Translations under genes and position numbers: made by a program
Shown here: piece by piece, positions 1 to 9,405 of the stretch
Layout of the letters: the number at the start of each line of letters is the position of its first letter
How positions within the stretch are numbered: the first letter of the stretch is position 1
Source: an uncultured Desulfobacterales bacterium
GTDB lineage: Bacteria > Desulfobacterota > Desulfobacteria > Desulfobacterales > Desulfobacteraceae
Length of the DNA stretch: 34,732 nucleotides
Assembly: GCA_964346265.1 (NCBI GenBank)
Contig: CAYFVA010000002.1
Span: 1 to 34,732 of the forward strand
Reading direction: 5' to 3'
Notes under the pieces: generated by a model
Databases searched by the model: none
Told to the model about the DNA's origin: nothing
The model's input: the letters and a program-made list of their open reading frames with translations, nothing else

Positions 1-896
<896 letters not shown>

Positions 897-1297
897 GAAT
901 TTGTACCAGAAGGTCCCGTACCTGCTCCGGGGTGAACGGCTTTTTGATGTACCCGTTTGCCCCCTGTTCCATGAATTTGTCTATGATTTCACTGCTTCCT
1001 TCCGTGGTCACCACCACCACCGGGATATGTGCCAAAGCAGAATCTTTTTTCATGGACCGGATCATCTCCAGGCCGTCCATTTCCGGCATGGTGTAGTCGG
1101 TGATCACAATGTCCACCGGTTGGTTTCTGAGTGTTTCAAGGCCTTGTTTTCCGTCGGCCGCCTCAAGAAATTCGGATTCACTGTATCCGGCGGCTTTGAA
1201 TGTTTTTTTCAGAACTTTCCGCATGGGAGACGAATCATCCGTCAGAAGTATGGTCAAGGGCATAAGAACCTTCCTTTTTCGTTGTTTGTCAACTGGA

Positions 1298-2146
1298 TCA
1301 TACCATTTGTAACAGGGTTTCCACTTCTTCCATTTGAAAGGTGAATTCGGCAATCATATCCGAGATATCATCCGCGGTCAGGCCGAGCTCCTGTGCCGCA
1401 TGCCGGTGAAACCGGTAGGCGAGCCCGTCCGCCCCCACGGCGAATCCCATCATCATGCAGATGCAGTCGGCAAGATACACCGCAAGCACCTCCCGGTCCT
1501 TTTTCATGGATTCGTCGTTCAGGTGATGGTGCCGTATGATTTTCACCATTTTTGGGCTGAACTTCCACATTTTTGCAATCGATCCGCCGAGCTCGGCATG
1601 ATCCACACCCACGACCTTTTTTTCCGCCTCCTGGAAACTCAGGTTGTGGTTTTGCACAAGAAAATTGATTTTGTCGAAGCGGTCAGCGATAAACCGGTCC
1701 AGTACGGTTTTTCCGATATCCTTTAAAAGGGCGGCCGTAAAAATGGTGTTCCGGTTGCCGATTTCAAGCCGGGCGGCGATCTGTTTAGCGATCATGGCCG
1801 AAGATACCGCGTACTTCCACATGGCGTCTTCCCGGACTTCATACCCGATGTTCTCTTTTCCCATAAGCCCGTTCGCTGATTTCAGCAGCACAAGTTCGAC
1901 CACCTGGTCCACACCGAGCATGGACACGGCGTCCTCCACGGATTCGGCCGGATTTTTCAACCCGAAATAGGCGGAATTGCAGGTTTTTAAAAGATTGGCC
2001 GTCACGACCGGATCGTATTTGATGACCCCGGCAATATCCTTCATGGAAGCGCCCGGAGTGTCCACGATCTCGATAAGCTGGGAGACAATGGCCGGAAACG
2101 GCTTCAGGTTTTTGATCTCTTTTATGAGTTCCTGGGTCGCACTCAT
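1298..2146 (-). CDS. HDOD domain signalling protein
   Basis: The 282-aa sequence LKPFPAIVSQLIEIVDTPGASMKDIAGVIKYDPVVTANLLKTCNSAYFGL...VEDAVSMLGVDQV...LLKDIGKTVL...DHAELGGSIAKMWKF follows the HDOD pattern, with a degenerate HD. Its start overlaps the cheD stop by 4 nt. Confidence 0.8.
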   Translation of the reverse strand: MSATQELIKEIKNLKPFPAIVSQLIEIVDTPGASMKDIAGVIKYDPVVTANLLKTCNSAYFGLKNPAESVEDAVSMLGVDQVVELVLLKSANGLMGKENIGYEVREDAMWKYAVSSAMIAKQIAARLEIGNRNTIFTAALLKDIGKTVLDRFIADRFDKINFLVQNHNLSFQEAEKKVVGVDHAELGGSIAKMWKFSPKMVKIIRHHHLNDESMKKDREVLAVYLADCICMMMGFAVGADGLAYRFHRHAAQELGLTADDISDMIAEFTFQMEEVETLLQMV

Positions 2147-2622
2147 ATTTTCACTTCCTTTGATCCCGAGGTTTTGACATGGATGTCGCCTGTGCCGATG
2201 TCGAGCCGTACCGTGCGGTTGACGTTGCCGCCCACGTTCTCGCTGTCGATGAGGACGTTGTTTTTGAAAAAAATTTTTTTCAGCGCCATATAGTTTCTTT
2301 TGCCGATATTGAAAAACCCTTTCTGGTCGAGTATCTCCGCGCCTCCTGCCACATAGACCCGAATCCGGTTCTTTTTCGCCCCGAGCTGGTACGAGTGCTT
2401 GAAAAGTCTTGGGATACCGGTATCGGCAAACATGTACGGCTTTTTTGCGGCCTTTTCCCTGTCCATGAATGAATCCGGCAGCATATAGTGGAGCATTCCG
2501 CCGACACGGGCGGTCCCGTCATATATCACAATCCCGATGCACGAGCCGAGTGAATAGGTGACCAGGACCTCTCCGGGTTCGTTACTTACCTGCATGTCCG
2601 CCACACCCACGATTCTGCGCAA
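2143..2622 (-). CDS. cheD: Chemoreceptor glutamine deamidase CheD
   Basis: The 159-aa sequence GEVLVTYSLGSCIGIVIYDGTARVGGMLHYMLPDS...YVAGGAEIL...NIGKRN matches the CheD family pattern, including the catalytic Cys context SLGSC. Confidence 0.85.
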   Translation of the reverse strand: MRRIVGVADMQVSNEPGEVLVTYSLGSCIGIVIYDGTARVGGMLHYMLPDSFMDREKAAKKPYMFADTGIPRLFKHSYQLGAKKNRIRVYVAGGAEILDQKGFFNIGKRNYMALKKIFFKNNVLIDSENVGGNVNRTVRLDIGTGDIHVKTSGSKEVKI

Positions 2623-2646
2623 TACTGTTTTTCCTTTTTTCCGCCG

Positions 2647-3391
2647 TTATCCTGCTGCCAGGCCGAATATGCTCTGGATATCCAGTATCAAACCGACTTT
2701 TCCGTCTCCGGGAATGGCGCCGCCGGAAAAGCCGGGGATATTTTCCAGGTTCGCCCCCGGGCTCTTGATCACGAATTCCTCTTTGCAGAGGAGTTCATCC
2801 ACAAGGATCCCCCTTTTTTTTCTCCCTGGATTCCACCACGAGCACCAGACTCTCCCTTGGATCACAAGAAAAGGCGTCAATATCACAGATTTGTTCCAGC
2901 CGGATCAGGGAAATCAGACCGTCCCGGCCCCTGACCATTTTTCCTTTGGATTCAACTGTATAGCAGTCCTTTTTCAGGTTCTTTTCCGTATTCTCCTGGC
3001 TCCGGTTTGTTTGAACTGTTTGAGCACCGGGAGTTCCGGAAGAATCAGGCCGTGCATACGCCTTTGCAGGAGAGGTCACCAGCGTCTGCCTGACATCGGA
3101 GATATCGTATGTAAATTCTTTTTCATTCTCCAGGTGCCGGACAAGGGCCTTGATCGGAATAACGGCTTCTTCGGGCGGAGCGGTCCCGGAGATCTCTCCG
3201 GCCGCCATTTTTTTGACATAGGAACTGAATGCCCCGGTGACACGGGGTAAGGTGCCGGCGCTGCGGTTTTGAGCAATGGCTTCGGTCTTTGAAGAGACCG
3301 AGAGGCCATCTTTCTGTGCAGCCTCGTCTTCCGGAGATAATCGTCCGATAGGGGAAACGAGCTCATCAGCGAATGTGTGTAAAGGTTCCAT
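2647..3391 (-). pseudogene. CheW-domain protein with a ~130-aa low-complexity N-terminal extension, interrupted by a +1 frameshift in an A8 run
   Basis: Track ORF 2795..3391 ends ...GLISLIRLEQICDIDAFSCDPRESLVLVVESREKKKG, the first half of a CheW fold. Track ORF 2647..2886 continues in the +1 frame with GILVDELLCKEEFVIKSPGANLENIPGFSGGAIPGDGKVGLILDIQSIFG, the second half. The junction is minus-strand GAG-A8-G5 (plus-strand C5 at 2809-2813, T8 at 2814-2821). Confidence 0.6.
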
Positions 3392-3461
3392 GGCGGACCC
3401 TGCCTTTTAAAACATCGGGAACGGGTGTGTGAATGACCCGAAATCTGTATCAGTCCACTCA

Positions 3462-3490
3462 ATAGTACGGTACGGATGGGAAAAAATCAA
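3462..3490 (-). promoter_or_regulatory. Candidate sigma-70 promoter upstream of the CheW-domain gene
   Basis: The minus strand reads TTGATT, a 17-nt spacer, then TACTAT. It lies in the 137-bp gap between the GGDEF gene stop and the CheW-domain gene start. This is a by-eye match only. Confidence 0.25.
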
Positions 3491-3528
3491 GGAATGAAAT
3501 TTTACCGGGACGGCTCAAGCGCTGAAAG

Positions 3529-4602
3529 CTATATGCATGTGCCGTCCTTCATTCCGGAGGCCTTGGGGGAACAAATTTTGATCAGGCCCGGCATTATGGT
3601 GTTGCGTCCGTTTTTCTTTGCTTTGTACAGCATGACGTCTGCCTGGGCTACAAGGCCGTCCATGGTGGAATCCGGCTGCATGTGTGCCACACCGAAGCTT
3701 GCGGTTACACAGATAAACCGGTCTTTGTCTTTGATCTCAAGGCGGGATATTTTTTCCCTGAGCCGTTCCGCCAGCTCTTTTGCCTTTTGCTGATCCGTGC
3801 CCGGAAGGATGGCGATGAATTCCTCTCCCCCGTATCTTGCCAGGATGTCTCCCTGCCGGATATTCTGACGCACGGTGGAGGCGACTTCCATGAGCACCCG
3901 GTCTCCCGCCTGATGACCGTACCGGTCGTTGATATCCTTGAAGTGGTCAAGATCGAACATGAGAACAGACAGGCTGTTGTTGTGCCGGGCTGCGTGGGCC
4001 ATGTTCTTTTGCAGCTGGTTCTCGAGCTCCCGCCGGTTGTAGCAGCTGGTGAGCGGATCGATGATGGCCGCGTCCGTTAGCCTTTCGATGTTGATCTGCT
4101 TGGAAAGGGCCACCTGGGTGGTTTGAAGGATCATCTGAACCATATCTCCGTGTTGGTCCATAGTACGTTCGGCTGCGAGCATGTAAATCTTTGCCTGGTA
4201 ATCTTCGCTGCTCAGTGTATAGGTGGTAAGATTTTCCATGCTGAATTTTTTGCCTGCTGAATCATCCGGATCGATCCGGTGGTTGAGGTAGTTGATTTGA
4301 AAGCGGTTCTTAAGGTCAAAATCTTTTCTGATGATCTCTTCCAGCGAGTTCTTGTACATCCGGGGGTCCAGCCAGACATCGGTGGTTTCCCCTTTTTTGA
4401 CGGCAAAACCGAAAAGCCGGTAATTCAGAATATTTTTCAGGCATCGGGCCAGTTCATTGATGATTTCCTGCTGAGATTCCTTCTGGTTCAGGGATACGAT
4501 ATACCGTGCCAGCCTTCTATGGTCGGCGTCCCTGGCCGCCGAGCCGAAGAGCATGGAAAACGCTGCCGTCATTTTTTTCTGAAACCGGTCGATTGTCTTC
4601 AT
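3529..4602 (-). CDS. Diguanylate cyclase (GGDEF domain) with an uncharacterised ~180-aa N-terminal sensor region
   Basis: DPLTSCYNRRELENQL...LMFDLDHFKDINDRYGHQAGDRVLMEV...RQGDILARYGGEEFIAILPG shows an intact GGEEF active site. An RxxD I-site (RQGD) lies five residues upstream of it. Confidence 0.9.
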   Translation of the reverse strand: MKTIDRFQKKMTAAFSMLFGSAARDADHRRLARYIVSLNQKESQQEIINELARCLKNILNYRLFGFAVKKGETTDVWLDPRMYKNSLEEIIRKDFDLKNRFQINYLNHRIDPDDSAGKKFSMENLTTYTLSSEDYQAKIYMLAAERTMDQHGDMVQMILQTTQVALSKQINIERLTDAAIIDPLTSCYNRRELENQLQKNMAHAARHNNSLSVLMFDLDHFKDINDRYGHQAGDRVLMEVASTVRQNIRQGDILARYGGEEFIAILPGTDQQKAKELAERLREKISRLEIKDKDRFICVTASFGVAHMQPDSTMDGLVAQADVMLYKAKKNGRNTIMPGLIKICSPKASGMKDGTCI

Positions 4603-4787
4603 CTGTATACCGCTCCTTTGGATTGCTTGTCATTCTCTTTTACAAAGCAAATGATGCAATTTGGATGCCATTGGAGCCAATAAATTTATATATTCTTTAA
4701 AAACAAAGGGTTGTGAAAAAAATGTACAGATGGGGCCGGTTCGGCCCGGAAAAAATTACAGGGAAGGCGTCATAAGATTGACAGGGC

Positions 4788-5372
4788 TCACAGGTTGCCT
4801 TTCAGGCCGATCTGTTCCGCCACCGGTTTCATGCCGGCGATGGTTTCAGTGATCAGGTCGGCAAGCTCCATTTCCAGCATGGCGGCTCCTTTTTCAATAA
4901 TGGCCCGGTCCACGCCTGCTGCAAAACTTTTGTCCTTCCATTTCTTTTTCACGGACTTGGCCTTGAGGTCAAGTATGCTTTTGGAGGGTCTCACAAGGGC
5001 GGTGCTTGCGATCAGACCGGTGAGTTCATCCGTGGCAAACAGGGTTTTTTCAAGGGAGGTTTCCGGTTTGACATCGGTGCAGATCTCCCATCCATGGCTG
5101 ATAACGGCCCGGATGTACTCCTGCGGCCAGCCCTCGCTCTCCAGAATCTCTTTGGTCTTGGCGCAGTGCTGGTCCGGGTACATTTCATAGTCAAGATCAT
5201 GGACCAGACCAATGACCCGCCATTTTTCCGCATTCCCGTCAAACTTTACGGAAAAGTGGGCCATCACCGCTTCCACGGAAAGGGCGTGGCGGATCAGGCT
5301 GTCGTTTTTGTTGTACCGTTGTAAAAGGTCAAACGCATCTTCTCTTGTGGGGAACCAATCGTTCATTTTCAT
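4788..5372 (-). CDS. HD-superfamily metal-dependent phosphohydrolase (HDIG-like, ~190 aa)
   Basis: LIRHALSVEAVMAHF...RVIGLVHDLDYE...AVISHGW shows the H...HD...H metal ligand pattern of small HD hydrolases. Confidence 0.75.
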   Translation of the reverse strand: MKMNDWFPTREDAFDLLQRYNKNDSLIRHALSVEAVMAHFSVKFDGNAEKWRVIGLVHDLDYEMYPDQHCAKTKEILESEGWPQEYIRAVISHGWEICTDVKPETSLEKTLFATDELTGLIASTALVRPSKSILDLKAKSVKKKWKDKSFAAGVDRAIIEKGAAMLEMELADLITETIAGMKPVAEQIGLKGNL

Positions 5373-5650
5373 TACATCCTGTAAAGTTTTAAATGACTTT
5401 TGTCTTGTGTCAAATCAATATATGGGTTTTAATGAGAAGTCAATGGCTGATGCAGGACAATCGCATGAAATAATGGACGGCGGCCGGTTCCGGCATTTTC
5501 CTTAAACCAGCCCCGGAGGGGCTGAGAGACTCAGCGGAAGGGTGTACCGGATCGGCTGGTGCGGTGACTCGGCACGAACGTTCATATGAAATTTCATCGG
5601 ATTGCCTTGACAGTGGATGTCCACTCGATGCAAAGGAGCGTTTTTGACAA

Positions 5651-6502
5651 TTGGAAGTTTTCAGCACCATCCCCGGAATCAGGAATTGGGTCCAAACGGC
5701 CCGGAAAGTAAATGAAACCGTCTGCCTGGTCCCCACCATGGGCTTTTTCCATGAAGGGCACCTGTCTTTGATGAGAGAAGGGAGAAAGCTTTGTGACCGG
5801 GTTGTGGTAAGCATTTTCGTCAATCCCGCCCAGTTCGGGGAAAACGAGGACCTTGACGCATACCCGGTGGATCTGGAAAAAGACAAATCCCTTGCTGCAT
5901 CCGAAGGCGTGGATGCCGTGTTCCTGCCTTCCGCAGAACAAATGTATCCTTCCGGTTTCCAGACTTATGTGGAATTGACAAGAATCCCGGAGCACCTTTG
6001 CGGCGTGTCGAGACCGGATCATTTCAAGGGTGTCGCCACGGTGGTGACCAAGCTTTTTCATATTGTGAAGCCGGACCGGGCGGTGTTCGGCAGAAAGGAT
6101 TACCAGCAGCTTTTGGTCATCCGCCGGATGGTGAAAGATTTGAATTTTGACATCACCATCGACGGGGCTCCGATTGTCCGGGAGGCGGACGGCCTTGCCA
6201 TGAGTTCCCGAAATACCTACCTGACAGAAAAGGAGCGTACATCCGCGCTGAGTCTGTCCCGGTCCCTGGATCTGGCCGGAGAGATAATCGACCGCGGAGA
6301 GAGGAACGCGTCCCGGCTTGCGCATGAAATGGAGCAGCTGATTCTGTCACATCCGGGGACACAAATCGATTATGTGAAGCCGGCTGATGCGGAAACCCTT
6401 GAAACGGTGGAGACCATCAGGGGTCCTCTTCTTGTGGCACTTGCGGTACGGGTGGGCGGGACCCGGCTGATCGATAACAGGATTTATCATCCAGCACAAT
6501 AA
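5651..6502 (+). CDS. panC: Pantoate--beta-alanine ligase (pantothenate synthetase)
   Basis: VCLVPTMGFFHEGHLSLMREGRK...VVSIFVNPAQFG...DLDAYPR-like...GVSRPDHFKGVATVVTKLFHIV...AVFGRKDYQQ...GLAMSSRN...TRLIDN. The TTG start at 5651 is the first possible start after the in-frame TGA at 5645-5647. The AAGGAG at 5633-5638 is rather far away (12 nt). Confidence 0.9.
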   Translation: MEVFSTIPGIRNWVQTARKVNETVCLVPTMGFFHEGHLSLMREGRKLCDRVVVSIFVNPAQFGENEDLDAYPVDLEKDKSLAASEGVDAVFLPSAEQMYPSGFQTYVELTRIPEHLCGVSRPDHFKGVATVVTKLFHIVKPDRAVFGRKDYQQLLVIRRMVKDLNFDITIDGAPIVREADGLAMSSRNTYLTEKERTSALSLSRSLDLAGEIIDRGERNASRLAHEMEQLILSHPGTQIDYVKPADAETLETVETIRGPLLVALAVRVGGTRLIDNRIYHPAQ

Positions 6503-7394
6503 TCACGGCGCATTTTTTAAGGAATGTGTGCCGTTCCGACGCTTTCTCCACTTTCTGGGCGTCCGCGTTTTTGATAATGATCGTGTTGTCGTTTTCATGG
6601 CCTTTTCTCAAGCCTTTCAGGACGATTGGGTTGGGGCCGGTCCGCTGGTCCGAGACCGCCTCTTCCATGGAACACAGGTATTTGACCACCCCGAACTGCA
6701 CGGCGTATTCCCGGCTGATAAACAGGGATCCGTAAATCTGGTCGCCTTTTTCACTGAAAACGGCCGGATTGAGAACCGGTTCGAAGTCGAGATCTCTTGC
6801 GTCAATCACAAGTCCGGTGTGCTCCACCGTTTTTTTGATTTTTCCGCCTTCTGTTTCCTTCTCGATCTGTTTGACGCGGGGAATTTCCCGGATTTCATCC
6901 GGAAGTACCAGCTGAAGGAATCCGCCGCGGATCGGGGCTTTCAATTTGATCACCATGGCGGTGTCGGAGGTGTAGTACTGCCGCGCTACGGATGCGTCTG
7001 ATGCGGTCTTTTCTATGCCGGCCATAACTGCGTTGTCGTCGGCCAGTTTTTCCTGCACCGTTTTTTTACTGATTTTTATGATTTTGAATATGTTGACAAG
7101 GTTCCGGATGGCATCAGCCTTGGCAGCCCCTGGGATTGATTCCGGGGAGATGGTTCCGCCGTTTTTCTCCGGGCCCGCCCGCCCGGTGGCAAGGATATGG
7201 CCGGTGCTCCAGTTGATGCCTCCGTTTTCAAACAACGTGATGCACTGGTTTTCCGGTTTTTTCGGGCCGTCCGTTCCGCCTGGTTCCTCTGCCCGAACGG
7301 CGGAAACAATGGTGAGAATGATAAAGAGTCCGACCGTCAGACTATTGGCGGCCGGTTTTTTCCGCAATATACCAGTCGATAATTGTTTTGGCAT
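6417..7394 (-). CDS. Exported protein of unknown function (signal peptide; LPP20-like feel, family not certain)
   Basis: 325 aa. The N-terminus MPKQLSTGILRKKPAANSLTVGLFIILTIVSAVRA/EEP looks like a signal peptide. The mature part is hydrophilic (GLVIDARDLDFEPVLNPAVFSEKGDQIYGS). The start overlaps the upstream HD gene by 53 nt and the 3' end overlaps convergent panC by 86 nt. Confidence 0.55.
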   Translation of the reverse strand: MPKQLSTGILRKKPAANSLTVGLFIILTIVSAVRAEEPGGTDGPKKPENQCITLFENGGINWSTGHILATGRAGPEKNGGTISPESIPGAAKADAIRNLVNIFKIIKISKKTVQEKLADDNAVMAGIEKTASDASVARQYYTSDTAMVIKLKAPIRGGFLQLVLPDEIREIPRVKQIEKETEGGKIKKTVEHTGLVIDARDLDFEPVLNPAVFSEKGDQIYGSLFISREYAVQFGVVKYLCSMEEAVSDQRTGPNPIVLKGLRKGHENDNTIIIKNADAQKVEKASERHTFLKKCAVIIVLDDKSCYRSAGSRPPVPQVPQEEDP

Positions 7395-8127
7395 GGTTCA
7401 GCTCGTCCGATTCGGGCATGGAGGAAAAGATTTTTTCCATGTACCCGTTTGCAATGGTTTTTTGAATGGATACATCAAAGTTCAGATCAAATATCCAGCT
7501 TGCCTGGAGAAGTTTGAGGTCGTTGAGGCGTTGTACGTTTGAGCCGTCCGCAGCGCGTCTTTGAAAAAGATCCTCCAGAATGTCTGTGGAGACGTTTCCG
7601 TCATCTTTGAGATACAAATATATATAATTGTCCGCTTCCTTGTCAACGGAAAGGTACCGGCGGGTGATCACATCCAGGATGTCCAGCTTGTCCGCATCCC
7701 GCAGAAGTTCTGTCAAAAGCAGGGTGGCCTCTTCGATGCCGGCGGGCGGTGCATACATGTTGTGGTAAAACACCGCATCCTTTATCCGTTTTTTTTCCTC
7801 AGGGTCCCAACCGTCAAGGAATTTCTTTTCATCGATCACGCGGCAACTCAGGGCGGCGTGGTTCGCGGACACGGCGTCCACAAACGTGCCGTACTCCAGA
7901 AACTGCGGAAAACGGCCGATATCATGAAACAGGGCGGCCGTTTCCGCCATCAGCAGATCTTTACCGCAAAGGCCGATGGTCTCGGCGATCTCCCTGCTGT
8001 TGCGGCAGACCCGGAAGGTGTGTTCCTTTTTCAGTACGAACGGCCCCGCATTTTCGGATTCGGTGATAAACGTATCCGCATAGGCGGAAAACCGGTCTTT
8101 CAGTTGATTACAATTGTTTACCGCCAT
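7342..8127 (-). CDS. HD domain-containing protein (261 aa)
   Basis: FVLKKEHTFRVCRNS...AALFHDIGRFPQF...NHAALSCRVI...LLRDADKLDIL shows the HD motif. I chose the internal ATG at 8127 (MAVNNCNQLK...). The longer track ORF (to 8511) runs through mobB in another frame. Confidence 0.75.
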   Translation of the reverse strand: MAVNNCNQLKDRFSAYADTFITESENAGPFVLKKEHTFRVCRNSREIAETIGLCGKDLLMAETAALFHDIGRFPQFLEYGTFVDAVSANHAALSCRVIDEKKFLDGWDPEEKKRIKDAVFYHNMYAPPAGIEEATLLLTELLRDADKLDILDVITRRYLSVDKEADNYIYLYLKDDGNVSTDILEDLFQRRAADGSNVQRLNDLKLLQASWIFDLNFDVSIQKTIANGYMEKIFSSMPESDELNHAKTIIDWYIAEKTGRQ

Positions 8128-8617
8128 TTTTCCGGATAAATTCCTTTTCAATGAACCGGCAGAGAGGGGCGATGTCATCAATGCCGAAAACAGGCACATC
8201 CGGCCGGTATCCCGAGTCTGTGACAAAACCGGCAAGTGTCCCGTCCAAAAGGTGCAAAGGCTCTGTATGGCCGCTTTGAGTTCGGAATATTTCGATTTTC
8301 GGGAAATGGTGGCTTTTGAATCCTTCCAGAAGGACCAGGTCCATGTCACCGAGGCAGCGGTCGAGATCTTCCATAATCGCTTCACTTCTGTCCCGTACAA
8401 GGGCGATATCCGACGGACCGACCAGAAGGGTGTTCGCTCCGGCCTTTCGAAGCCGCCAGGAATCCTTGCCTTCCTTATCCATCTCGAATCCTTTATGCGC
8501 ATGCTTGGCACATCCCACTTTGAATCCTTTGTCCCTAAGGTTTCTGATCAGTTTTTCCAAAAGCGTTGTTTTTCCGGAATTGGAGTTGCCGACAATGGAG
8601 AGGATGTTTGCTTTCAT
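8108..8617 (-). CDS. mobB: Molybdopterin-guanine dinucleotide biosynthesis adapter protein MobB
   Basis: MKANILSIVGNSNSGKTTLLEKLIRNLRDKGFKVGCAKHAHKGFEMDKEGKDSWRLRKAGA shows a Walker A motif and the MobB pattern H-x-H-x-F-D-x-D-x-x-GKDS. Confidence 0.85.
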   Translation of the reverse strand: MKANILSIVGNSNSGKTTLLEKLIRNLRDKGFKVGCAKHAHKGFEMDKEGKDSWRLRKAGANTLLVGPSDIALVRDRSEAIMEDLDRCLGDMDLVLLEGFKSHHFPKIEIFRTQSGHTEPLHLLDGTLAGFVTDSGYRPDVPVFGIDDIAPLCRFIEKEFIRKNGGKQL

Positions 8618-8798
8618 GGAATCGATTCTGCTCCGCATTTGAGGTTAACGTCATCTGTCACCCCCTTTAATGCACAGCAGAAAAAAAAAGTCAACCGCCT
8701 GCAGGTTGAAAACCAGTTTGAAGAAGCAACAGTGGTCAATCGTTTTCATTTGTGGTATGAAAGCATGAACAACAAGTTTGGAACCATACAGATAAAGG

Positions 8799-9320
8799 GT
8801 GAAAGCGGTGAAACAAACGGAAAATATCGTGCTGATCGGCATGCCGGCCGCCGGTAAAAGCACCGTGGGCGTGCTTTTGGCCAAGTGGCTGGGGCTGGAT
8901 TTTGCGGATATGGATATCATTATCCAGACGGGCGAGGACAAAACCCTTGAAGAGATTATATCCGAAGTGGGGGTGAAAGGGTTTCTCAAGGTAGAGGAAA
9001 CCTATTTGTGCAGTGCGGATCTGGAAGGGCGCGTGGTATCCACCGGCGGCAGCGCCGTCTACAGTGAAAAAGCCATGGAACGCGCGGCTGAATCAGGATT
9101 GATCGTGTATCTCGAGCAGGGGCTGGAGGCACTGAAACAGAGAATTTCTTCTTTGGACACCCGTGGAGTGGTCCGTATGCCGGGCCAGGATATCGAAAGT
9201 TTGTACCATGAACGAACTCCGCTTTATGAAACCTATGCCGATATCACGGTCCAATGCAACGGGCTTACTCCCGATCGGATCGTGTCTGAAATCGCCGACC
9301 GGATTGCATGTTTGAACTGA
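8799..9320 (+). CDS. aroK: Shikimate kinase
   Basis: NIVLIGMPAAGKSTVGVLLAKWLGLDFADMDIIIQ...EE...STGGSAV shows a Walker A motif followed by the D-x-D shikimate-binding context. The start is GTG at 8799; the GTG at 8808 is an alternative. Confidence 0.85.
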   Translation: MKAVKQTENIVLIGMPAAGKSTVGVLLAKWLGLDFADMDIIIQTGEDKTLEEIISEVGVKGFLKVEETYLCSADLEGRVVSTGGSAVYSEKAMERAAESGLIVYLEQGLEALKQRISSLDTRGVVRMPGQDIESLYHERTPLYETYADITVQCNGLTPDRIVSEIADRIACLN

Positions 9321-9405
9321 ATGGCCCGGAAGGACGGGATCGTGCCGTTTGTAGGAAAGTTCGGGCAACCGTACGGACATCAGTCGATTTGGAAAGGAGG
9401 GAAAT

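Noticed and set aside
4733-4760. Hairpin GGGCCG-gtt-CGGCCC with an adjacent A6 run downstream of the HD hydrolase gene, considered as a terminator.
   Set aside because: On the minus-strand transcript the U-run precedes the stem rather than following it. On the plus strand the stem is followed by A residues. Neither orientation is right for an intrinsic terminator.
5480-5575. Possible 4.5S/SRP RNA or riboswitch in the GC-rich part of the HD/panC spacer.
   Set aside because: I could not find the conserved SRP domain IV sequence (GGAAGCAGCC-type) or any riboswitch core I know on either strand. It is kept only as a generic structured-spacer observation.
7342-8511. The full-length 389-aa version of the HD-protein ORF.
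   Set aside because: Its first 128 codons run through mobB in another frame and look non-protein-like. The internal ATG at 8127 gives a compact HD protein with only a 20-nt overlap.
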